Positions 13,351-26,125 of a stretch of 64,000 bases of DNA are shown here, one piece after another. Source of the stretch: Paraspadella gotoi (taxonomy: Eukaryota > Animalia > Chaetognatha); contig JBJCIZ010000239.1 in assembly GCA_051294375.1 (NCBI GenBank), positions 4,967,581 to 5,031,580 of the forward strand, in the 5' to 3' direction. The notes under the pieces were generated by a model, which made no database searches, had not been told where the DNA came from, and was given only the letters and a program-made list of their open reading frames with translations. The translations under genes were made by a program, and so were the position numbers. Position 1 is the first letter of the stretch. Each line of letters begins with the position of its first letter.

Positions 13351-14321
13351 TTGCCTTTCTCTCTTCTTCTCTTTTTCTTTTTTTTTCCCAATCGCTTTTT
13401 CTCTCTTCCTCCCTTTCACTCTTTCTCTCTCTCTCTTTCTCTCTCTCTCTATTTTTCTCTCTCACTCTTTCCTAATATTTTTATTCTAACTTTTCTATCA
13501 TCTTCTTTTCCTTCTCTTCTTCTTTCCGCCCACCCCCCTTCCTGTAAAAAAAAACCGATCGCACATAATCTCATTTGCATATCGCGGTGTTCGCTAATTC
13601 CCCTCCGAACCAGACTCGGTCGTCGAACCCGACGGAAAAAATGAAAAGTCTTTTAAACTCGTTAAGTCAGAATGGTCTGATTTATCAAAAATTTAAAAAA
13701 AATATTTTATAATTAAGTGTAGCTTGAATTCATAATTATTAATGTAGTAGCGTAAATAAGTGACTTTCAAAACTCTTAAAATAAATTACCAGGTTCTTAA
13801 TTCGAAACAAATTCGGTAACCGAATCTAATCTCGTAATTCTTTGAAGCAGTGCATGCGATGTTTTCCTTCAACTGAAAGTGATATATGATTGCATGTTGT
13901 CTGAGTCATACAAGGAAAAACAAGAAGTGGCTGTTCCAATACATGTTAATCACTTTCAAGGGCTTACACTGAACTGTAAAAACATTTTGGTACTTAAAAA
14001 TATTTTCCGTCATCCACCCTACTAAGATCCTATAGTGTAGTCATTCTGGCTCGATAGCGCGGCCCTGTGATATTTTCCGTCATCCACCCTACTAAGCTCT
14101 TATAGTGTAGTCTTTACTCTTTAGAATTTGCGGACCTGCAGACGGCCGCTATCTCGAACGCTCGACCTTGCGAGGCTTACAAAATAAGATACATTTTCTA
14201 CATAGGATATATAATTAAAATGCTTTGATCAAGACATAGTAGAATAAGAAATAGAATGAAAAAATATAGAAAAACAATACTTGTTTCAAAAATATCCCCA
14301 AAAAATTAATTTACAATTAAT

Positions 14322-15285
14322 GTTTTTAGTCGGATCTGCTTATCAGCGGATGCCGACTCTATAATCCACTTTGTCGGTCCGTCCGTCCCACCCCTAAATC
14401 TTGTCGGGCACTAACTTAAATCAGTTAGAACATCGAATTATAATAAATTGTGCAAAAAAAAAAAGATTTCCGTCCGTCCGTTCGTCCGTCCATCCATCCG
14501 TCAATCCGTCCGTCCGTTCAAAGGTCCGTCCCACCTTTTCATTAAACTCCAATTATTCGTTATTGGATGGATGGATTGGAATAAATTTTTCTGTGTGGGT
14601 AGGAAAGAGTGTAGTGTAGATATAAAGTTTCGATGGAATCGTGCGAGTGGAAATGAGTTTAAATGAAAAAAACAAAAGTCATATTTACTTAAAGTATTTT
14701 TACTCATAATTATTATATTGATTAAATATTGGATAGATAAATTGAAATGCAATTTTGTGTGTTGGTAGGAAAGTATGTGGTTGAGCTGGACATAATTTTT
14801 TGATGGAATCGTAGGAGTGGAAAAGAGTTTAAATTAGAAAAACAAAAGACACATTTATTTGATTTGAATTTATTTGAAAGTTTCCCTATCTCTATTTCTT
14901 TCTCATTGATTGATTGATTGATTGACCAAAGTGTGCCAGTTGACCAAATTATTCAAGAGACCAAATTCTACAAGTTGACTAAATTATGCCGGTTGAGCAA
15001 ATAATGCCAGTTCAGCAAATAATGCCAGTTAACCAAATTATGCCAGCTGAGAAAATTATTCCAGTTGAGCAAATTATGCCAGGTAATAGCGCAGCTACTG
15101 GTAATGATTGATAGATCAATTGATTTATAGATTTTTTCATATATTTATTAAGAGTCTGATTTGTTATGTTACGATTTGTTATGATCTGTTAAGATCACAA
15201 ATTGAAAGTCAGAAAATATTACCATGATTTATCATCGGATTAGCTTATTACCGCTTAATTCGTAGGCAGAACCGACATTGTTTAC
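14322..15285 (+). mobile_element. DINE-1/HINE-like element (family B relative) with an internal 20-bp tandem array
   Basis: Starts TTTTTAGTCGGATC..GACTCTATAA..GTCGGTCCGTCCGTCC, has (GTCC)n, a TTGACCAAATTATGCCAG array at 14925-15085, and ends GCAGAACCGACATTGTTTT. An inverted end fragment lies near 41950. Confidence 0.55.
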
Positions 15286-15577
15286 TGTTTTTCCTATAGC
15301 TATTGCTCTTACAAATGTTGTTTCAAAAATATAGTCAATTTTAATATTCTTTTATTTATTGTTAAACTTCAGATGTCAAATAAATCCAAATCAAAATAAA
15401 TGAATAAAGTCGAAGTATATAAATTTTTAAATGTCACAGAATAAGTGAAACAGGTTTCTATAATTTTTGAGTCAAGCAAAATTAATATTCCAGCATATAG
15501 ATTTCCCTTTAACATTCGAAAGTTCAAAATTTGAAAAAAAAAAAACAACAAGAAGAAAATTTGATTCAACAATAAAA

Positions 15578-17179
15578 ATGATGCAATTTTCCAACTACTT
15601 TGCAACGTTCGCCATTCTGATCAACTATACCATATTTACTTCGGCGACTTCGGACTCAAGTAGAACTACCATAAACGGCATACCATGCGAAGGCAAGCTA
15701 GGTTGCACCGGCGTCTCCAACGAAAAACGATGGTGCTTCACGAAAATTGACCGAACCGAGAGAGACTATTGCTGCAATTCAAAATGTTCGGCTAAGCGCC
15801 CATACAATGATCTTTGCCCATTTAGTTGCTCTGTTGAAGGAAGCTTTGATCTGGTAAACGATATTACAACACTTGCAATGATTCGTGATTATTATTATAT
15901 CTTTGATTTCATAACAACAAGAAACGTGTAGCAACACACTCGAATCGCCATGCTGGCGACTCGAGTTGACATCTTTTGCTTTGGTTTTTGACTTTTTAAG
16001 TAGTTATTACAAAATTAATCAAATCGAATCCACGACTCAATTCTTTGTGACAAGTGTTTCCAAACCATTTTCATTTCCCACTAAGCATCTTTGGGTTATT
16101 GCTCGTAACCGAGACGGGACATGTAACCCAACTATAGTGCCAGAATTTCGGAAGCTAGCAATTAATTAGTAATTTATAAGTGATTAGTCCTGTCCTGGTG
16201 CGCTAAAGATAGTTATCTTTTCAGTTCAACGGCTGCGAACCAGGGTTCGAACCCTGTCGTCCTTTTCCTCTCACGCGCAGCGTCAACAACTATGAATGCG
16301 ACACTCCTTGCCACCCGCAAGGCAAGTCCTTTGATTGGTGTTGGCTCAAGGACATGAACGGCGCCTGGGATTATTGCTGCTACGTTGGATCTCCCTGCGG
16401 TTCTGTAAATACGGGCGAAGGTGACAGAAATGTAGAGTGTAGTGAAAGTCGTGCTTGTAAATTCTTTAAGTTAATCAGGTATCAAGTATCAAGTTAATAG
16501 CGTTTTCTACAAAAAAATAATAATTTTTAAAAAAAGAATTTGCATTAGGTTTTATTTATAAATATTACTATGCGTATAAAACTTTAAAACACAGGTTTTT
16601 CTAATTCAAAATAGTAGGAAATATAAATAATTTTGAAAAATGACTTCATTAGGTAGGTTAAAGATTTTAAAAAACTATTCTTAAAATCCAAAATTAAATT
16701 TATATCTTAAAATAAAACCTCTAAATTTTTTTTTTAAAAAAGAGTTTAATTTTATTGATTTTATTAACTATTTTAAATCTATTAACTGTTAACTATTTTT
16801 TTTATTCTATTAACCATCCCAAATCTCATCCAATCCGATTTCGATATTGGTGGCTTGATAAAAAAGAATTACATTTTTAAAAAAATTGGACACTTATAAA
16901 TTTGCATGAATTGCAAAATTATTATTACAAATAATACAGTCATTTTAACTATTAGATCAAAATTAAATTTATAATTTTTTTTCCACTTCAGCGGGGAATG
17001 TCCCACGATGCTACGTTGATTCGATGCGGCGCCAGGCGGAGATCTGCATCAATGCAAGATATCCAACTGCAGCTCCGGATGATTATCAATCGCCAAATAT
17101 GAATAATCTTTATTATCTTTTTTTTCTACTATTGATAATTCCCTTTATCGCGATAATCGTCGTAGCATGCAAATGTTGA
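15578..17179 (+). CDS. Cys/Trp-rich single-pass membrane protein, paralog 1; exons 15578-15853, 16225-16420, 16992-17179
   Basis: GT-AG in-frame splicing: hydrophobic leader, TTINGIPC..RWCFTK..DYCC, RSVNNYEC..DWCWLK..AWDYCC..GSPCG, RCYV..EIC..PDDYQSP, then TM LYYLFFLLLIIPFIAIIVVAC. Collinear with paralogs 2 and 3. Confidence 0.85.
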
Positions 17180-17523
17180 CGTGGGGACTTCATCAGCGTG
17201 CCACCGATAGAAATGACATGAAATTCTAAGCAAAAAAAGTAGCCTTCAAATACACTTGTTAAATTTTAGAAGAGTACTTATAAAAAAGGCAGTTTTTGTG
17301 AGAAAAAAAATTTTAATTGCTTTAAGCATTAAATTATATTTTAAAGACATACCTTTACAACGGATTTGGGGAAAAAGAGATTTCCCCTAATTGGCAATGG
17401 ATTTCAAACATAAAATTGTAATGACAATACTAAAAAACAATCCTTTTTATAAAATGTTTTTATATGAAAACAGTTTTAAGATACAATATAGTTACTTTTG
17501 CTAAAATTCTTCAAAAGCATGGG

Positions 17524-17785
17524 ATTATGGCAAAAGCGGGGTTGCTTGTGATGCCCATTGGGATGGGGCATCTCACTGTTGGCTTTGGGGGCTTCCGACC
17601 CTCAGTGACGCCTCCAGTCACTGGCGCGGTTACCCTAGGACGGTCTCGCTTTGCCAACGCAGAGGGAAGTCGTTAGGACTGTGGATGGAAAACAACGCCT
17701 GGGACGGTGCGTTCCCCCCCTGAGCCAATGGAATTGACTGAGCGATGGAGGGCGTGAGGCGGTGTGAATATACCGCCACAGGATG
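17524..17785 (+). repeat. GC-rich hairpin-rich interspersed repeat (family C)
   Basis: Near-identical inverted copy at 43695-44440 (split by an insertion); diverged 3' fragment at about 25785-25850. Confidence 0.8.
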
Positions 17786-17880
17786 CTATTAAAAAATTAG
17801 ATGTGAAAAATATTTAAAAGTAACCCGGGGTAAGTTTTCACTCAACTTCTTTGTCTGAAGCGACTTAAAATCGGTCTCCC

Positions 17881-18219
17881 CTTACTTCGCGCCGGGCACT
17901 CCCCACGGTCACTTTGCCATAGTTTTGGCAATGACCTTAGACTGATCGGACAGAGCAACAGGGCCGATAAGACCGTAAGGTCAAGTTGGTCCGGGCGTTT
18001 ATAAAATTGGATCGGGAGAGAGCTCGTCTCACTTCTTTTCTACTTCACAATTCTTCACTCTCTCCTTCTTTTTATCATTACTATTTTCTTCTTCTACATT
18101 GTCACCAATGATCGAACCAACTTGACCTTACGATCTTATCGGCCCTGTTACTCTGTCCGGTTAGTCTAAGGTCATTGCCAAAGCTTAGTCAAAGTGATCG
18201 AGGTGACTGACGAAGTAAG
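17881..18219. mobile_element. MITE with about 110-bp terminal inverted repeats
   Basis: TTTGGCAATGACCTTAGACT..GTAAGGTCAAGTTGGT (17924-17990) is mirrored by ACCAACTTGACCTTAC..AGTCTAAGGTCATTGCCAAA (18116-18182); outer ends CTTACTTCG / CGAAGTAAG. Confidence 0.8.
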
Positions 18220-19051
18220 AGGAGAGAGGAAGACTTCCAGCGAGAGACCGTGCCTCATGTCCTTATTTTTTTTTCCAAAGTGTTTCTCCACTTATTTTAA
18301 TTTGATTTAAGTTGAAAATAATTGCCTCCTGCTCGCCTACAGACAAATCATGCAATTTTTTTTTTCAGCCAATGCCCTACTAGACAAGTCATGAATTTTT
18401 AAAAGCCCAATTTAGTTTTCAAACTTTCAATACGTCGCGTTTCATGTTTCTTTATTTCTTTAAAAAAAATTTGTTTTTTTTTTTTTTTACTTTTTTCCGC
18501 TGAAAATATATGTATTTATGTTGGCAATGCTTTAGAGAATACCAACCAATTAATTTTATTTTAAATTCCTGTAGTTTTAAGCGTCTTATAATTTACTTTA
18601 AGTTTAACGAAGGAAATGGAAAAATGAACCTGATTGTAGCTTGTTTTCGTTAACATGGCATAAGAATATATATACATACCTTTTTGCATACTACAATGTA
18701 TGCTATTTCTGTAAAAAATCTTGGTACATTTTTTTTCCTGTCAACTCTCGTTGGATAATGCAAACTTCTACAGTAGTACAAGTTCGTCACTTATGATGTC
18801 TGATTGGGTCACGATAAGGGCTTCGGACGCTCACTGGTCGCCTCCTATCTCTGACAAAGTTTTACTGACATATTTTTACTAACTCGCTTTAACACTTATT
18901 CATTGCGACTTTTATGATTGTAAACATGGCTGAGGTTAGGTGAAGTTACTTTAACTGTCACCAAACCAGCTCTCGACGATCCCGTGAAAAACGAACATTC
19001 AGTGAGTTTTGTGAAGACGAATCGTTAGATGAGTTTAGGAGGTGGAAAAAT

Positions 19052-19360
19052 GGGCACTCTTTTCTAAAAGCGCCCCATTTCTGTTCTGTAATACTTGAAC
19101 TTAATTCCTAATTCTAATTTTTAACCCTACCTTAATCCTTAACCTTTACTCTTAATACTAATCTTTTATGTTTAATTCTGACTATTAATTCTAAACATAA
19201 GGTACTAACCTCAATCCATAACCCGAATCACTAACCTAATCCCTAACCCTGATCCTTAACCCTAATCCTTAACTAATTCCTTAACCATAACTTTTAACCC
19301 AATATTAACAAATTAATTCTAAATTTAAGACGAAATGAGGCATTCTAAGAAAATAAGACT
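19052..19360 (+). mobile_element. Family A TIR element with CCCTAA-like interior
   Basis: Starts GGCACTCTTTTCTAAAAGCGCCCCATTT, ends AAATGAGGCATTCTAAGAAAATAAGACT; CCTAAT/CCCTAA interior. Confidence 0.75.
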
Positions 19361-19792
19361 TGGAAGTCGCCAAAAAAGTAATAAACGCTTAATGGCCCGA
19401 GTAAAACGAAAGACGCGAGGATGTAATTGACGGGAGTTAGTACCGGGAAATCGTGGAGAAAACCAGGATGTAATAGAAAGCAATCAATTCGTTTTAGGGG
19501 GGGGGAGAAGTAGGAAAACGAGGCCATCAACGGTCGAGGAAATGAAGTTGCAGGTTTTTTTTAATAGTTAGTGACAACGATGATGTCAACGATGATGACA
19601 AATGTAACAAGGATGACGACAATGACGATGAAGAAGACGACTGTGCAAAGTAAAATAACAGTTAAAAAATTTCAAGAGAGAGAGAGAGAGAGAGAAAGAA
19701 AAAGAGAGAAAGAAATATCTATTAACAGCAAAATTTCTTGGGATGCTCTTAGATTTCTCACAAATAGATCCAAAGAAATACATGTACATTAA

Positions 19793-20410
19793 GGCGTAGT
19801 GAAAGTTGCAGAACAAAATTCGAATAGTTGTTCATAAACAGTCTTGTACTAATGAACAATGACATATAATTTTTTTTAAATTTCTCAATTTTAACATACG
19901 CCTATATTTATACATAGCACTTTTTTTTTAGTTTTGAAAGCAGATTCGAATTCCTCATAAAAAGTTGATAGAAAGAAATATAAGTCTTAATCGAAAATTC
20001 TTTCATTAAGTTTAAATTAAAAAACTATATTTTTTATACTAAAATTAAATTATAGGTTAACTATAACAGTTTTTTTAGAATTTTGACCCACTTTATGAAA
20101 TAATTTTCTAAAATATTTATTTTTATCAAACTTTTCGTGAGGAATTCGAATCTGCTTTCAAACATAAGAAAAGTCTATTTTAAAATTTTAACATTTTCTA
20201 TGGTAAGTACTATGCATAATATTGGCGTATGGGCATGCGAAAATTGAGAAATTTTAAAAAAAATTGGTACAACACCAAGATAAAAATTATCCATTTTCTA
20301 TATCAATGTTCACAGGTACAAACCTGTTCATGAGTCTACTATTCGAATTTTTATTCTACTTGATTTTAATATTTTTGCTTTAATATTAATTTTAATATTT
20401 TTGCTACTCT
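19793..20410. mobile_element. Palindromic MITE (family D), TTAA-flanked, Kolobok-like ends
   Basis: TTAA|GGCGTAGTGAAA start; internal mirror GCAGATTCGAATTCCTCA / TGAGGAATTCGAATCTGC; homologous to 26126-26728. Confidence 0.7.
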
Positions 20411-20872
20411 TTAATGTACAATTGTACATAATCTCGATCTGTCTTCTAATTTGTTGTGATATTTCTCTTATCAACTTTTTTTAACTAACCAAAAGAAAAC
20501 ATACTTTAATAATTACGGCCACTTGTAAAATCATGCAGGTCTACTTTTTTTAAAAGAGACCTCGACGTTTTTGTGTTAAGAATATGAAAATAAATGATCA
20601 AATTCAAACTTAAGTATCGCATGATACAGAACAAGTTTTATAAAAAAAAAAAAGGAATAAAAACGAATCATGATGACAACGAGAAATTCCCTTCGATCCA
20701 GTTTAAAAGAAAAACGAAGATTCTTTTTGAATAAAGCTTCTATTAAATTTGAATGTTAGAAAATGAAGGGAAAACCAAGCCAATGAAAAAGAAAACGATT
20801 GATAAGGCTGACTCAACAAATTTACCAAAAGCTTGTAATATTACTTAATCGTTTTTAGTTGAAATCATGAGT

Positions 20873-20975
20873 GGCCATTGGTGCTGGAGGCAAGTCTTTT
20901 GCCTCCCAACCCAAAGCTACCAGCTCGATCCGGTATTATTACTTACCCACGAGGCGACTTTCGACTTCTACCCCC
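20873..20975 (+). mobile_element. tRNA-like SINE fragment
   Basis: GGCCATTGGTGCTGGAGGCAAGTC..CCTCCCAACCCAAAG matches 47021-47070 and 58043-58090. Confidence 0.45.
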
Positions 20976-21042
20976 CCTAAAAATTAAACTGTCTTTATTT
21001 TTCGCTAAAAAGAAAGAAGTGAAAAAACAAAACTGTAAGAAA

Positions 21043-24000
21043 ATGATTAGGATCTCAATCATCGCCTGTATTCTTCTCTCTTCGACGGCGCAACCGAACC
21101 CCGATCGTGAACAATACGATGCGGATCATACTACCCTCAGCGGCTTGCCCTGCGCACCCGGGCTCTCCTGTCAGCAAGATGGTTTCACTTCTCGATGGTG
21201 TTACACCTCGGCCGATGAGAGCGAATGGGATTCTTGCTGCGATCACGGCTCGGATTGTCAATCCTATTCGTGCTTAGTTCGTGAGTGTTGAAACAAGGCT
21301 AAGGTAAGTGGCAAAGAAGATAGAAAGGGAAGGCGCTAAGTTGGTTTCTGTGCCCCCTCAACCTCAATGGAATGGGTCCTGGGCTTGGAACCAGGTTTGA
21401 GAGTCTTTCCTCGCCCCCAAGGCGGTTTACGGCGGTCCTCACGCTTCCCGCAGGGTAGGTACCATTGGGGATCGATCCCGGTACATAACGGTCATGAACT
21501 GATGGTATTACTCAATGAGCCACCAGGTGGGTGAACATATTGCAATGCCCAACTACAAATATATGAAGTTGTGGACGAAACGGGAATGGAACGGGTCCTG
21601 GGCCTGGAACCAGGCTTTATGTTTTTTTTTTGGCCCCCGAGTTGATTTATGACCATCCTGTCGCTTCCCACAGAATCGATCATGAGCTGATTGGTTTTAC
21701 TCAATAAGCTACCTTGTTACCAAAAAAGATGTCAGGCTTATTGGCGGGGTGAACTTATTTGGGGATGTGCATCGTTTCTAAACTATTTAGTATTTTTAAA
21801 TGAATTTGGTACCGATCGATAGGAAATTCAAAATATTATCTACATACAAATTTCATCAAAATCGGATAATCCGTTCAAAAGTTATGCGCAAAAAAACGAT
21901 CTCGAAAATCGCGCTTCAATCGATCAACTTTCGCTTAAAATCGAACTCGTTTTGATCCAATAAGGATTTGAACTACGCGTAGTACTAAGCTTTAAATCGG
22001 TAATCGAGATTAGGCGCAATCCGGGTCCTCGTAAGAAGTAATTGAAGAAGCGAAACCAAGGAAAAAGGTTAATCATTAGAAAGGTAAATGATAAAAAATA
22101 ATAAAATTATAACAGAATATGTAAGATAAATCATAAGAAACGAAACAAGTTATCAATGCAAAGTATAGCGAGTGATATCGCCAGCAAAATTACTATTTAA
22201 CTAACGTCAATTTAAATTTAATATCGTTAATTCAAGATCAGGAATTAAAGATTGAGAATTCACTATCGTACTACATCTAATCTTTATTTTAATTAATCTC
22301 AATTTGACGAAAATTGATTTAATATAACAAAAAAATCTAATTAAAGAAAAATGATTGATTATGACAAATTGATGAAATGAATAAAATTAATTAAACTAAT
22401 AACGATGACGATGGTTTAATATTTAAAAATTGTCATATCTGAATCCTTATTTTATTATAAATAAGTTTGAGCAAACAATATCGGATTTGCCTACAATAAT
22501 TTAGTGCCAATCAGCTAAAAAAGTATGCAAGTGAAAAAAGTATGCAAGTGAAAAAAGTATGCAAGTTAAAAAAAAAGTATGCAAGTTAAAAAAAGTATCA
22601 AGTTGAAAAAGTATGCAAGTTGAAAAAAAGTATGCAAGTTGAAAAAAAGTATGCAAGTTGAAAAAAGTATGCAAAAGTATGCAAAGTAGCAATTGAAAAA
22701 AATGTATGCAAAAGTATGCAATTTGAAAAAATGTATGCAAAAGTATGCAATTTGAAAAAATGTATGCAAAGTATTGCAATTTAAAAAAGTATGCAAAAGT
22801 ATGCATAATTGGAAAAAAGTATGCATACTTTGAAAAAAGTATGCCTAATTTTTGAAGATGCATACTTTTTTCAAAGTATCATTACTTTTTCAAAGTATGC
22901 ATACTTTTTTTCAAAGTATGCATACTTTTTTCAAAGTATGCATACTTTTTCAAAGTATGCATACTTTTTCCAATTATGCATACTTTTTTCCAATTATGCA
23001 ATATTTTCAAATTATGGCATACTTTTTCAAAGTATGCATACTTTTTCAATATGCATACTTTTCAAAGTATGCGATACGTTTTCGAAGTATGTCATACTTT
23101 TTTCCAATATGCATACTTTTCAAAGTATGCATACTATTTTTCAAAGTATGCATACTTCAAAAAAAGTATGCATACTTCTAAAGATAGTATGCATACTTTT
23201 AAAAAGTATGCATACTTCAAAAAATTTAGGCCATACTTTTGAAAAAAGTATGATGTACTTTGAAAAAAGTATGCATACTTTGAAAAAAAGTATGCATACT
23301 TTGAAAAAAGTATTTATACTTCAAAAAAGTAGGCATAATTTTTTCAAAGTATGCATACTTGAAAAAAGTATGCATATTTAAAAAAAGTATGCAACTTCAA
23401 AAAGTATTGCCATACTTCAAAAAAGTATGCATACTTTTGAAAAAAAGTATGCATACTTTGAAAAAAGTATGCATACTTTGAAAAAAGTATGCATACTTGA
23501 AAAAAGTATGCATACTTGAAAAAAAGTATGCATATTTTAAAAAAAGTATGCATACTTCAAAAAAGTGTGCTGATCATTACTTTGAAAAAAGTATGCATAC
23601 TTTGAAAAAAGTTGCATAAACTTTTAAAAAAGTATGCATATAAAAAAGCTATTTTAAAAAAAGTATGATACTTTTGAAAAAAGTATGCCTACTTTTTTTG
23701 AAGTATGCCTACTTTTTTGAAGTATGCATACTTTTTCAAAAGTATGCATACTTTTTTTAAAATATGCATACTTTTTTCAAAGTCACGTCACGTCAATGAA
23801 TGACTAGCATCGCATCAATGAATAACAATCATCGCATCAATAATGACTTACTCATCGCTATCAATGAATTATTATCATTCCGATCAATGAAGGACTATCA
23901 TCGCATCAACGAATGATTATCATCGCATCAATGAATGACTATCATCGCATCAATCCTTCGGTTATCATCGCATCAATCCTTCGGTTATCATCGCATCATA

Positions 24001-25616
24001 TTTGGTTATCATTGTCATCAATATTTGGTTATCATCAAAAGTAGGCTCGATCCCTATTGCTTTTAAAGATTTTATTGAACGGTTTTGTCACTATCACATA
24101 ACAATAATTAATGTCTCTTCAAGAGATAAGATAAAGAGACTAACAAGGGACAAACGACGCTGAGAACGCCAATATCACGGGCGTGAAATTCAAAACATTT
24201 CATACAGACCGCGTTCTAAAACGTAAAAATACGGTAAAGCCATGTTGAAATATGGTTTATCTGGCCCGGATCGCGCATGATCAATGCTTATTTTTAATTA
24301 TGTCCTCATTGGTAACCTACGTCAACCATTTTCTAATACAGACCGGAACGCGCTTAAAAAAGCTTTTAGCGTGCAAAAACTTGATATCCTTTCTATTTGC
24401 TCTAAATTTAATATAAACTCTCTAAATTTACCCCGCGCTCTACCTGAAACAGATAGATAAAAACAATACAGTTTCTTTCGATGGTCTTAGAACAAAAAAA
24501 ATTGAAGGCTGACTATGCAGTTTTCACATAAAAAACCAGTTCATTTGATTGCTTTATCAAGCATTCAAGATTGCAAGAATTTAAACTTTTCTTTTTTTAT
24601 CTAGTAGAGAAGACAATAAGCTATCCGAAACCGTACTGATATGTATGATTTGTTCTATTTTACAAAAGATCAAGCAGTTTTTTGGGAAAAGGAAAAAAAC
24701 GGTCTGACCAGTTCATTTAAATACACATTTTTGGGCATGATAAAAATGGGAATTTCGATCGCGCTCTACCTCCGTTGGCTTCCCAAGACGCCAAGCTTTC
24801 GAAATCTACCCATATTGATATAATTTATATGGCCTTGACTATGCAGTTTTGAATAGAAGTGAAATAAAGGAATCTTGCATCGGAACTTCGATTCGAACGA
24901 TGCGCAGCCCTAACTTATTGCAATGCCCAACTGCATCTTACTCACTAGCCTTCGTAGCTTTGTGAGAGGAAGTTATGAGTAATATTTTCAGCCCATCTAT
25001 ATTTTATCAATAACACTATTTAGAAGGAATATTGAGAAAGGCATTTTCTAAAAGATTTCTTCTAAAATATTTCAAAACTAAAACTTTTCTTTAATCTTTT
25101 CAAAACTTTAACTCATTTTACCTTTTTTTAAAAATTTTACTCATTCTTCATTAAAAAAAGGGTAAATTTCAAACGACCCACTGCTCATCACTCCCTCGAC
25201 AATGTCGCTCTAAACCGCTGAACCGGAGCGTCAACAACTACGCTTGCGTCTCCCCCTGCAGAGCCCAATTGACCAACGCCTTTTTGAGCTACCCTTATGC
25301 TTGGTGTTGGGTCAAGCACGACAAGAGTGCTTGGGACTACTGCTGCTTCGGAGCACCGTGCGGCGATGAGGAGAAAAACGTTGATGTACCGCCGTCGGAG
25401 TCGCAGTGCTATGTCCAACAGTCGCAACGCCATGCAGAGGTCTGCCTTTCCGGCGTCAAACCGACTCCACTTCCGGACAACTTCCGCTCTCCAGCATCCC
25501 CTCCCTTTCCGGATCTTAAAGATATATGCGTCGTGTTGATAATAATTATTGTTATCGTTTTATTAGCAATTCCTTTTTGCTTTGTATCATTTAAAAGAAA
25601 GGTCAATGCTTTGTAA
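21043..25616 (+). CDS. Cys/Trp-rich single-pass membrane protein, paralog 2; exons 21043-21303 and 25161-25616; in-frame TGA at 21289 (possible pseudogene)
   Basis: Signal peptide MIRISIIACILLSSTA, TTLSGLPC..RWCYT..EWDSCC, AAG|GTAAGT donor. Exon 2 reads RSVNNYACVSPC..AWCWVKHDKSAWDYCC..QCYV..EVC..PDNFRSP, then TM ICVVLIIIIVIVLLAIPFCFV. Confidence 0.75.
21340..21775 (-). mobile_element. Cluster of SINE-like fragments
   Basis: Direct repeat GGAAYGGGTCCTGGGCYTGGAACCAGG at 21369 and 21588; TTTACGG..GTCCTC.CGCTTCCCG and TTACTCAATGAGCCACC are shared with 43290-43480. Confidence 0.5.
22515..23782. repeat. Satellite of palindromic about 19-21-bp units (AAAGTATGCATACTTT core)
   Basis: Dozens of tandem units; half-units AAAAAAGTATGCAAGTTG at 22515-22800; accounts for all overlapping CIL/YAY/MHT ORFs. 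Confidence 0.95.
23790..24037. repeat. About 22-bp minisatellite (TATCATCGCATCAATGAATGAC)
   Basis: Tandem units seen directly; related inverted degenerate array at 49720-50000. Confidence 0.85.
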
Positions 25617-25679
25617 CATAAATTATTGTAATCTTGCTGGATCTTGCTGGGTGGGGCATCTAACTGGTTAGATGGGATT

Positions 25680-25765
25680 ATTTGGAATTATTGTTGCGAC
25701 AAGGAGTCAGCGTGTGGACCGCAGCAGAACCCCAAATCTTGAGTTCAGAGAAAGTAGAAAAAAAT
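25680..25765 (+). pseudogene. Relic of exon 1 of a fourth Cys-rich paralog
   Basis: TGGAATTATTGTTGCGACAAGGAGTCAGCGTGTGGACCGCAGCAGAACCCCAAATC aligns with 27166-27228 of paralog 3, with deletions. Confidence 0.7.
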
Positions 25766-26125
25766 ATCAATGAAACGCGTGGTTGGGATGATTCTTTCCA
25801 ATGGGATTGGTGGAAATAAGGTGAGACGGTGTAAATATACCACCGTAGAGGCAAGATAGTTTATTTATTGAATGAATAAATAATTATTGTTTTGGCTATA
25901 CCAATTTCTTTGAGTCTCAGACTTGTCTTCATGTCTACATGGTATACTATGTATGTTGTATGTCGCCTTACTACAGTTTTTTGCATTTTAATAATAGTTT
26001 TTGTTTTTAATTTAACTAAAAAAAAGCATAAGTTTATACACTATGATGCAGCTGTTATCACTGCATTTACTAATATATTGCTTTGAGTGTAATATTTTCT
26101 TCAAATATTGATAGATGGATAATAA

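Noticed and set aside
22501-23553. Overlapping repetitive ORFs; superficial CRISPR-like periodicity
   Set aside because: Satellite DNA with no unique spacers and no cas genes, in a eukaryotic intron.
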